The translations under genes and the position numbers were made by a program. This document shows, piece after piece, positions 56,766 through 64,000 of a DNA stretch of 64,000 bases; position 1 is the first letter of the stretch; every line of letters begins with the position of its first letter. Below the pieces are notes generated by a model. That model was not told the origin of the DNA, did no database searches, and saw nothing but the letters and a program-made list of their open reading frames with translations. This DNA comes from Candidatus Kerfeldbacteria bacterium. GTDB taxonomy: Bacteria > Patescibacteriota > Patescibacteriia > UBA9570 > XYC2-FULL-38-9. The stretch lies in NCBI GenBank assembly GCA_016182555.1, contig JACPGJ010000008.1, positions 28,272-92,271 on the forward strand. The letters run 5' to 3'.

Positions 56766-58253
56766 ATGAACAATACTTCCGATCGCCCTCGAACCATTCA
56801 GGTCAGCATTCCTTTTTTTGTTTTTTTATTACTCTTCATCCTGCATACTCCCCCAGCCCACGCATTCACGTTTACGAAAAATTTACTCATTACTGATAAA
56901 GAAGCTGCAGACGATCAATACCTCTCTACTGATGGCATACAAGCATTTCTGGAAGAAAAAGGTTCTATTCTAGCTAGCTATGTTACCCAAGATTCCGATG
57001 GTGCCGTAAAAACCGCTGCCGAAATTATTTCAACAGTAACGCAAAAATATTCACTCAATCCCCTGCTCTTTTTAGTCATGGGGAATAAGGAATCAAGCGC
57101 GATTACTAGCCATACCATGACCAGCGCTATTGAAAATTATTGGCTCGGTTTTGGTCGATGTGACAGCTGTTCTGAATCTGTTGCTGAACCTTATAAAGGA
57201 TTTACAAAACAAATTTACGCTGCTGCAGAACGCATACGAAACGGATATTTACAAGATATTGTGACCCGTGGATATACCATTTCTGGGTGGGGGCCAGGAA
57301 TTTCCAAAATAACCATTGATGGTGTGGAAGTGACACCAGTAAACGATATTACGGCCGCACTATATACCTATAATCCATGCGTAGGACCATACGGCGGCGC
57401 AGGTGGATACACACAATTCGGATGCAACTCACTCTTTCAAAAGCTGTGGCAAGAATGGTACACATCAAAATATACCTATCGGTATCCGAGCGGTTCATTG
57501 CTGCAAATTGGAGAGGTGGTGTATTTAATTCAAGGCGGAAAAAAACACCCCTTTACCTCCAAGGGGGCGCTATTAACGAATTATCGACTGGATGAAATTA
57601 TTGCCGTCCCTGCCGTTGTTGGCGAACAATATGAACTGAGTACACCAATTCAATTTTCAGAATATTCCCTCCTACAAGATCCTGCTGGCACGATATATAT
57701 GTATGTGGATGGTAAAAAACGAGGTTTTACGAGTCGCCAAGCGTTACTCACCAATGGTTTTTATCCTGAGGAAGCTGTCGCCGTAACCTGGAAAGATATT
57801 CACGCGATTCCTGATGGAGAACCAATTACAACGTATACTGCTCATCCATTGGGTATGGTTGTACAAAATGCGACCACTGGTGCGGTGTCGTATATTGACT
57901 CAAAAAACCACATTCACCCCATTTGGTCAAAAGAAATTTTGCAAAACCGATTCCCCGGGCAAACGATTGTTCAACAAACTCCAGAGGACTTGGCACAATA
58001 CGAAGCAGGAGCACCAGTGCAGTTAAAAGATGGAACCTTGGTACGCAGTGTTTCAGGAAATGCGGTATATGTCATTTCCAACCACCATCGTCGACCATTT
58101 GCTTCACGAGAAGTTTTTGATAGCTATGGATATGAATGGCATCGCGTTATTCAAGTACCACAAAACGTGCTACAATTACATGCAAAAGGGAAATATATCA
58201 AATTAGAAACGGTGAAACCAAAGAAGAAAAAACATTCATCATCCAAAAAATAA
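56766..58253 (+). CDS. secreted hypothetical protein with four ~60-aa C-terminal internal repeats
   Basis: Signal peptide FFVFLLLFILHTPPAHA. The repeats centre on GGKKHPFTSKGALLTNY, DGKKRGFTSRQALLTNGFY and NHHRRPFASREVFDSYGY, and it ends in a K-rich tail. Confidence 0.5.
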   Translation: MNNTSDRPRTIQVSIPFFVFLLLFILHTPPAHAFTFTKNLLITDKEAADDQYLSTDGIQAFLEEKGSILASYVTQDSDGAVKTAAEIISTVTQKYSLNPLLFLVMGNKESSAITSHTMTSAIENYWLGFGRCDSCSESVAEPYKGFTKQIYAAAERIRNGYLQDIVTRGYTISGWGPGISKITIDGVEVTPVNDITAALYTYNPCVGPYGGAGGYTQFGCNSLFQKLWQEWYTSKYTYRYPSGSLLQIGEVVYLIQGGKKHPFTSKGALLTNYRLDEIIAVPAVVGEQYELSTPIQFSEYSLLQDPAGTIYMYVDGKKRGFTSRQALLTNGFYPEEAVAVTWKDIHAIPDGEPITTYTAHPLGMVVQNATTGAVSYIDSKNHIHPIWSKEILQNRFPGQTIVQQTPEDLAQYEAGAPVQLKDGTLVRSVSGNAVYVISNHHRRPFASREVFDSYGYEWHRVIQVPQNVLQLHAKGKYIKLETVKPKKKKHSSSKK

Positions 58254-58258
58254 CGCTT

Positions 58259-59023
58259 ATGCCACTTGTTTTTACCGCCGCCATTCCGAACGCTCCAGCA
58301 CTTGCTTCAGAACTTGCTCCTGATTTTTCAGGTACACATTCAAAAACGTATACCGCGTTACAAGAACTCATTGGCGAGCTCTATTTCATGAAACCAGATA
58401 CGCTCATTTTTTTAACTGCCGCAGGTTCACAAATACCGGAATTGATGAACACGAATATTTCCAGCACCCTACGCAATAAAACACTGAATCACTGTTTTAA
58501 CAGTGATGTCGAATTTGCTGCGCATTTAAAAGAAACAATAGATTTAGGAGAGAGAAAAGAGCCCATGACGATTATTGCCGAAACAGACGTGGCGCCAGAA
58601 GTCAGTGTACCGCTGGCATACGTGCTTGCGCACTTAGAAAAAACAAAAGTGGTCATGGTATCCACAGCGCAGTTATCATTGAAAGAACATTATGCATTTG
58701 GCGAATTTTTGCGACATGCAGCACTCGATACCAATAAACGAGTGGCCGTACTCGCTTCTGGTTCACTTGGAGTCACTGAACATACAGCAGATACGCACGC
58801 ACAAACATTTGATACACTCTGTTGTGATTTTATTCGCCACAAAGAACAGGAAAAAATTCTTCAAATCAATCCAGAAATTATTCAAACGGCAAAGGCCGAT
58901 ATTGTCCAACCATTATCTGTATTACTTGGCGTCATTCATAAATTGAATGTTCGCCCAGAGGTATTGTCCTACGAATTGTTGCATGGTGCTGGGCAACTCG
59001 TTGCCAATTTTGTGCTGTTATAA
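58259..59023 (+). CDS. hypothetical protein, possibly a degenerate LigB/Memo-like fold
   Basis: ATG at 58259 after the upstream stop. It weakly resembles class III extradiol dioxygenase/Memo family layout (AAIPNAP where HGSP is expected; VAVLASGSLGV). Low confidence. Confidence 0.3.
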   Translation: MPLVFTAAIPNAPALASELAPDFSGTHSKTYTALQELIGELYFMKPDTLIFLTAAGSQIPELMNTNISSTLRNKTLNHCFNSDVEFAAHLKETIDLGERKEPMTIIAETDVAPEVSVPLAYVLAHLEKTKVVMVSTAQLSLKEHYAFGEFLRHAALDTNKRVAVLASGSLGVTEHTADTHAQTFDTLCCDFIRHKEQEKILQINPEIIQTAKADIVQPLSVLLGVIHKLNVRPEVLSYELLHGAGQLVANFVLL

Positions 59024-59027
59024 AACA

Positions 59028-60704
59028 ATGATCGCACAGATTATTCCGTATACTCGAACAATCCGTGGCAAGGAATTTTTTGATTATGCTATTCCTGAAG
59101 GCATGGTTGTTACACCGGGTATGGTGGTCATCATCCCCTTTCGTTCACTGAAAATATTTGGCCTCGTATGGAATGTAGGAAAAACAAGTGTTCACATCAA
59201 ATTAAGACCGATCATATCTGTTGTGACCAATGATTTATGGGGCAATAGTGAACGTCAACATTTTCTTCAATGGTTTGCAGCATATTATGCAATATCTCTT
59301 CCGCATGCATGGAAAACAATGCAATACCCATTGTTGAAAAAACCAAAACCAATCGCCCACTCCATATTTGCGTTACACAAAGAACACTCCACAACAACCG
59401 TGCGTATTCCCTATTCCCAAGTACAACACATACAAGAAGCGATAAAAACCATTGCTTCTTCGCGAATCAATCTTGTTCACTATAGCCACCGCGATGATTG
59501 TTTAGCGTTCTATCTCTCCTATGTGCAGCGCAGCCAAGGAACAACGTTAATTATTATACCGGAATACCATACGATGAAGGCGCTTGCCTCTGCATTGCAA
59601 CATATTCCAATCTGCATCGTGCCAGATAATGCATCACCATCGTTTTGGCATGCCTTGGTGGAAACCCTACATCATAATTCAAACGCGCCACGCATTGTGC
59701 TCGCAACAAAAAAAGCAATGTTTTTGCCCATGCAATATTTCCAAACAGTTATTTTGGACCAAGAACATTCCGCATTCCATAAACAGGTCGACCTCAACCC
59801 ACGTTATCATGTACGCGATCTATTCTATAAGCTTGCTGGCCAGAAACAGAAACAAATGGCTACACCTTGGCCAATATTCATACTCACCAGCCACGCACCA
59901 AGCATGGAAGCCGAATACCACAAACAGCAACACCATGATGTATCAATTGATATTCGCCGCCCAGCATCATCTGCACGCGTTATGGTCGTCAATATGGAAG
60001 ATGAAAAACGAAATAAAAACTATTCTTGGTTTTCAGAAGCATTACTCCACCGGATATCAACCTCGCAGCATGCATTGCTCTTTTTAAATCGTACTGGTCG
60101 GTTTAGTGTTGCCATCTGCAATGACTGTTCCACCATTCTACCGCTAGAAACTACTGTCTGTTCGCATTGTCACGGAGCCCATATTCGTTTTGCGAGTAAA
60201 GGAACTGAGCGTTTAGAAGAAGAACTCCATGAACTCTTTCCACAAAAAAAGATTTTTCGTATTGACCGACATCAAGATGAAAAACAATTAGCCACTGATG
60301 AGTGGAAAGATGCAGAAATTATTGTGGGCACAGAAAAAATTTTTCGTTTTGTTCCACTCCATTTTTTTGACTTGATTGGTATATTATCCATCGACCATTT
60401 GCTTGTTTATCCTCATTTTCAAGCCCATGAACGAGTATTCCAATTACTCACCATGCTCTTTTTTTCTGGTAGACCAGTCATCATACAAACGCATGCTCCT
60501 GAACATCCACTCATTTCCGCCGCTGTAACAAACAGCTATGACACGTATGCAAAAAATGAATTGGAAATACGTACTGTACTGAAGTTACCACCAATATATC
60601 CAGCGATACAACTCATTGACACAAAAACGAAAAAACGAGTACGCCTACAAGGAACACTCGATGTTTCAACACTCTCTCCGACAACGGTAGTTGATCGATT
60701 ATAG
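59028..60704 (+). CDS. priA: primosomal protein N' (PriA) homolog with degenerate helicase motifs
   Basis: ATG at 59028. N-terminal 3'-DNA-binding region (FDYAIPEGMVVTPGMVVIIPF), a Walker B-like ILDQEH, a zinc-finger remnant CNDC...CSHC, and C-terminal QTHAPEHP. No GxGKT Walker A and no AGRAGR motif. Confidence 0.7.
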   Translation: MIAQIIPYTRTIRGKEFFDYAIPEGMVVTPGMVVIIPFRSLKIFGLVWNVGKTSVHIKLRPIISVVTNDLWGNSERQHFLQWFAAYYAISLPHAWKTMQYPLLKKPKPIAHSIFALHKEHSTTTVRIPYSQVQHIQEAIKTIASSRINLVHYSHRDDCLAFYLSYVQRSQGTTLIIIPEYHTMKALASALQHIPICIVPDNASPSFWHALVETLHHNSNAPRIVLATKKAMFLPMQYFQTVILDQEHSAFHKQVDLNPRYHVRDLFYKLAGQKQKQMATPWPIFILTSHAPSMEAEYHKQQHHDVSIDIRRPASSARVMVVNMEDEKRNKNYSWFSEALLHRISTSQHALLFLNRTGRFSVAICNDCSTILPLETTVCSHCHGAHIRFASKGTERLEEELHELFPQKKIFRIDRHQDEKQLATDEWKDAEIIVGTEKIFRFVPLHFFDLIGILSIDHLLVYPHFQAHERVFQLLTMLFFSGRPVIIQTHAPEHPLISAAVTNSYDTYAKNELEIRTVLKLPPIYPAIQLIDTKTKKRVRLQGTLDVSTLSPTTVVDRL

Positions 60705-60725
60705 AAAATATGGTAGATACAGTAT

Positions 60726-61223
60726 ATGTCTTTACGCATTTATACTATTCAAGAACCAGAAGTACGGCAGGAATCAACCCCTATTTCTGTGGAAGAATTA
60801 CGGCAACCTGCTATGCAACAATTTGCCAACGACCTTATTGAAGCAATGATTCGTTTTCAAGGTATTGGTATTGCATCGTGCCAGGTGGGTAGAACTATTC
60901 GCATGGTCGTGATTACCAAAGAATATACGGAAGAGAAAGAACACCTCGTGCTCGTTAACCCGCGTTTAGTTTCTGTCGCTGAAAAAACGTCGGTGTTAGA
61001 AGAAGGATGTTTATCCGTTCCCGGAGTATTTGGACCAGTGGAGCGACCATCAAAAGTCCGCGTGAAAGCATTATCACGTAACGGTGAACCGCTGGATATT
61101 AAAGCCAAAGGTATGCTTGCACGTATTTTACAGCATGAAATTGACCATATTAATGGAATCCTTTTTGTCGATAAAGCATCTACAATTCGGGAAACGCAAG
61201 AAGAAATTTTGACTAACGTATAA
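60726..61223 (+). CDS. def: peptide deformylase
   Basis: GIGIASCQVG, EGCLSVPG and QHEIDHING motifs. Confidence 0.9.
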   Translation: MSLRIYTIQEPEVRQESTPISVEELRQPAMQQFANDLIEAMIRFQGIGIASCQVGRTIRMVVITKEYTEEKEHLVLVNPRLVSVAEKTSVLEEGCLSVPGVFGPVERPSKVRVKALSRNGEPLDIKAKGMLARILQHEIDHINGILFVDKASTIRETQEEILTNV

Positions 61224-61225
61224 GC

Positions 61226-62125
61226 ATGGCCAACGCAGACGCACATCATCTCCGCATCGTATTTTTCGGTACACCAGATTTTGCTGTGCCATGTTTACGT
61301 ATTCTTTCAGAACACACCACAGTGGTTGGATGCGTTACACAACCTGATAAACCACAAGGGCGAAAACAAGTACTTACTCCCCCACCAACAAAAGCATTTG
61401 CAGAGCAACAAGGCATTCTCGTATGGCAGCCCAACACATTACGCTCAAATAAACCTATTGGCCAAGAATTTCAAAAAAAATTTGCAGAACTTGCCCCTGA
61501 TGTAGCGGTTGTCGTTGCCTATGGAAAAATAATTCCAAAAGAGTTACTAAGCATTCCACGTTATGGATTTATCAATGTCCATGGATCATTATTACCAAAA
61601 TTCCGTGGCGCTTCTCCAGTGCAACAAGCGATTGCTGATGGTATGACCGAAACTGGGGTAACCATTATGCTCATGGATGAAGGGATGGATACTGGCCCAA
61701 TGCTTTCCACACACACCGTACCCATAGAGCAAACAGACACCGCAGGAACACTCTATGATAAGGTATATATCGTTGGTGCCAAACTACTTTATGAAACCAT
61801 TGTCGGATATATCAACGGGAGTATTCATCCAATTGAACAACCACACGCACAAGCTACCTATACCAAAATCATCACAAAAGAAGATGGCTTAATTGATTGG
61901 TCGACAGGCGCTGCAGCGATTGAACGGAAAATACGCGCACTCACGCCCTGGCCAGGAACATATACTATCTGTAATGGCAAACGAGTAAAAATCCTTCGTG
62001 CACATCTCAGTGAAACAAAACACCTCGTGATTGACGAGGTTCAGCCGGAAGGGAAAAAACCGATGTCGTTTACGGCGTTCAGCGCAGGCTACCCAGATTG
62101 CGCACGCACTTTTTTGGTCGTATAA
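61226..62125 (+). CDS. fmt: methionyl-tRNA formyltransferase
   Basis: RIVFFGTPDFAVP ... NVHGSLLPKFRGASP, and position directly after def. Confidence 0.9.
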   Translation: MANADAHHLRIVFFGTPDFAVPCLRILSEHTTVVGCVTQPDKPQGRKQVLTPPPTKAFAEQQGILVWQPNTLRSNKPIGQEFQKKFAELAPDVAVVVAYGKIIPKELLSIPRYGFINVHGSLLPKFRGASPVQQAIADGMTETGVTIMLMDEGMDTGPMLSTHTVPIEQTDTAGTLYDKVYIVGAKLLYETIVGYINGSIHPIEQPHAQATYTKIITKEDGLIDWSTGAAAIERKIRALTPWPGTYTICNGKRVKILRAHLSETKHLVIDEVQPEGKKPMSFTAFSAGYPDCARTFLVV

Positions 62126-63579
62126 AACCCAAGCCGCTTCCCCAACATCAACCGAGTTTGTGCATCTAATGCAGGAATAGAACCGAACACAATAAGGGTG
62201 ATCGGGAGAAGAATCCATTGCCCCAAAATCACCAGTACCCACATCCATTTTTTTCCTGGTGCATCTTTGGGCAACAGGAAAATATTCAATATTGCAGAGG
62301 TAAAAATGCCAATCATGGCTGAACGCATAATCCACTGCAAGACATGAGGCGCATTTTGAGCAATCACCGTTGTTTTCTCCACATCACCAGCAAACCATAG
62401 TGGTAGATATCCTAAAAATAATATTAACAGCGGAGTGGTTGACCAAGAAAACATTCCTTCCGTTAAGTTAAATACCAAATGCCATTTTTTCCGTGGTAAT
62501 TCCGATTTCCAGAAATGCCAAATCATAAATGGAAAATGCTCAATACCCCATGCCCATCGGCGTTGTTGCTTATATAAATTTTTCACTGTCTGCTTCACCG
62601 AACCGGCATGGGCAGTATCCATGGACACTGGAATATATAATGGCGTGACTTCATAGTCACCATCATAATAAATAAAACACTGTAAAAAAATACGCGAATC
62701 TTCAGTGACAATATCATTTTGCCAAAAACCGACATCGACTAATGCACGAAAACTCATACTGTGTGAAGAAAATGTCCATAACGGTTTTGGGCGGGCTAAC
62801 TCGGCCATTAACCAAAATGTGGTTGAATTTGCGACCACACGGGCAAATGAAGGCGATTCCCAAACATTGTTATTATACAATGCTAATGGTTGATAACTAG
62901 ACCGCGTTGGATTCGGGTGATTCAAATAGACATACGTTAGATGAGAAAAATATTCCGGGTGCACCACCGTATCAATATCAAACGAAGACACAATCATGTC
63001 ATCATAGTTCCAACCATGAGAATCAATAAATGCCTTCACGTGTGTGCCGGCCCAATGCAAATTCGCCCCCTTGGCGGCAATTTCTCCAGGAACATCTTTG
63101 GGGTGAATAGTCACAAGCAAACGGAAAAAAAGGTTTCCATATTCTGCTTCTATCTTGGCGACATTCTGGCGAAACGTTTCTAACTCACGCTCTTCGCCAG
63201 CAAGTACAACAATCATTTTTTCTTTTGGGTAGGATGAGTTCCGTAAAGCATCCATCGTTTGGCGCAGTACATGAATATCTTCATCAACCGTTGGTAAGAA
63301 AATAATATGATAAATTTTTTCCCACCCATCAATAGCTCGTACTTTATCCATCCATGGCACCAATTTCTGTTTTTGATATTCTCGCCAAGATAATGAAAGA
63401 TAAATAATAAAATACAATACACGCAACAGCCAATAAAAATCAAAAGCTATAGCGAAATAGATCATCCAGAGTGGACGAATATAACACAGCAGCACAACAG
63501 CAATGAGCGTAGTCCAGGCGAGTAAGCCCGGAAATATTTCCAACATGCGGTATTGACGATACGTGCGAAAAGTAAACAT
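62089..63579 (-). CDS. processive membrane glycosyltransferase, GT2 (cellulose/chitin/hyaluronan-synthase-like, QxxRW)
   Basis: ATG at 63579 is preferred over the TTG at 63585. N- and C-terminal TM helices with a cytoplasmic GT-A domain carrying FDIDT and TEDSRIF, plus QQRRWAWG. Confidence 0.7.
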   Translation of the reverse strand: MFTFRTYRQYRMLEIFPGLLAWTTLIAVVLLCYIRPLWMIYFAIAFDFYWLLRVLYFIIYLSLSWREYQKQKLVPWMDKVRAIDGWEKIYHIIFLPTVDEDIHVLRQTMDALRNSSYPKEKMIVVLAGEERELETFRQNVAKIEAEYGNLFFRLLVTIHPKDVPGEIAAKGANLHWAGTHVKAFIDSHGWNYDDMIVSSFDIDTVVHPEYFSHLTYVYLNHPNPTRSSYQPLALYNNNVWESPSFARVVANSTTFWLMAELARPKPLWTFSSHSMSFRALVDVGFWQNDIVTEDSRIFLQCFIYYDGDYEVTPLYIPVSMDTAHAGSVKQTVKNLYKQQRRWAWGIEHFPFMIWHFWKSELPRKKWHLVFNLTEGMFSWSTTPLLILFLGYLPLWFAGDVEKTTVIAQNAPHVLQWIMRSAMIGIFTSAILNIFLLPKDAPGKKWMWVLVILGQWILLPITLIVFGSIPALDAQTRLMLGKRLGFYTTKKVRAQSG

Positions 63580-63590
63580 ATCCAAATAGG

Positions 63591-64000
63591 TTAAACAAAC
63601 AGATTGACTAGTTCATAGCATACACCGCCCAAAAACACCAGCTCGATGCCTCGAATCAGCGCTGGGATAGTGCGAATCGTATATTCTGGTTCTCGATCAC
63701 CAGTTCGCTTCGCCCGGAGAAACATTTCAAAAATGAGCACCCCTTGAGCACCACCGCTGACGGCACCAATAATACTAATCATTTGAATAAAATTCGTCAC
63801 GTGCAAAAGATAGAGCACAAGTGGGATAAGTAAGGCAACAAATAATGCAAAAAATTTTGGGTAGTGAAAATCGTATCGATACATTTCTTGCAGCACAAAC
63901 CCAGAAGTAATAAACGCATTGCCAATAGCCATGATACCGAAAAGCGAACCAACAACAGCAACAATGGGTCCCAGAGCACTACCAAGCCCCGCAATGGCGC
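63591..64000 (-). CDS. polytopic membrane protein, 5'-truncated by the window edge (frame open to position 64000)
   Basis: The ORF from 63932 continues upstream in frame with hydrophobic sequence (…AIAGLGSALGPIVAVVGSLFGIMAIGNAF…) until the window ends. Confidence 0.4.
   Translation of the reverse strand, partial: AIAGLGSALGPIVAVVGSLFGIMAIGNAFITSGFVLQEMYRYDFHYPKFFALFVALLIPLVLYLLHVTNFIQMISIIGAVSGGAQGVLIFEMFLRAKRTGDREPEYTIRTIPALIRGIELVFLGGVCYELVNLFV

Noticed and set aside
1-64000. Search for CRISPR arrays, tRNA/rRNA/tmRNA/SRP RNA, integrases, transposases, toxin-antitoxin pairs and phage genes.
   Set aside because: There are no direct-repeat/spacer arrays, and the intergenic spacers are too short and lack tRNA-like cloverleaf signatures. 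No ORF has recombinase, transposase or RT motifs. The window looks like core chromosome rather than a mobile island.

Overview
This is a gene-dense, AT-biased bacterial chromosomal segment of about 64 genes with almost no non-coding space. It looks like core chromosome from a small-genome, Gram-positive-type or CPR-like organism; this is an inference from several reduced proteins (AlaRS without a C-Ala domain, RpoA without an alpha-CTD, a standalone riboflavin kinase) together with peptidoglycan genes (FemAB, PBP2, M23, MurF-like). I found no rRNA, tRNA, CRISPR array, integrase, transposase or other mobile element.

In order along the window:
- a 5'-truncated thiI, a SEC-C micro-ORF and a beta-CASP MBL RNase;
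- a YtxH-like gene overlapping a standalone riboflavin kinase;
- a tandem-GGDEF diguanylate cyclase convergent with an orphan sensor kinase;
- a proline-rich membrane protein with calcium-binding repeats;
- mnmA, a short alaS and an 885-aa orphan protein;
- a ribosomal-protein/rpoA block (infA-rpmJ-rpsM-rpsK-rpsD-rpoA-rplQ-rplM-rpsI) behind a consensus sigma70 promoter;
- a ~12 kb surface-glycan locus (flippase, GT4/GT2 glycosyltransferases, O-antigen-ligase-like protein, DUF4012, an embedded MreB);
- holB, a BNR lipoprotein, frr and rseP;
- a canonical mreB-mreC-mreD-mrdA cluster;
- greA, a lysS gene with a C-terminal HD-domain fusion, and serS;
- a minus-strand five-gene operon: alpha/beta hydrolase, membrane-anchored MurF-like ligase, DegT aminotransferase, FemAB transferase, GT2;
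- ftsQ-like, NUDIX, a HExxH protein, rlmI, an M23 peptidase, gltX, a GT26, a secreted repeat protein, a catalytically degenerate priA, def-fmt, a processive GT2 synthase, and a 5'-truncated membrane protein.

The most unusual items are:
- the membrane-anchored MurF-like/DegT/FemAB operon;
- the LysRS-HD fusion;
- the ATPase-dead PriA homolog;
- the alpha-CTD-less RpoA;
- the large orphan protein placed in front of the ribosomal operon.
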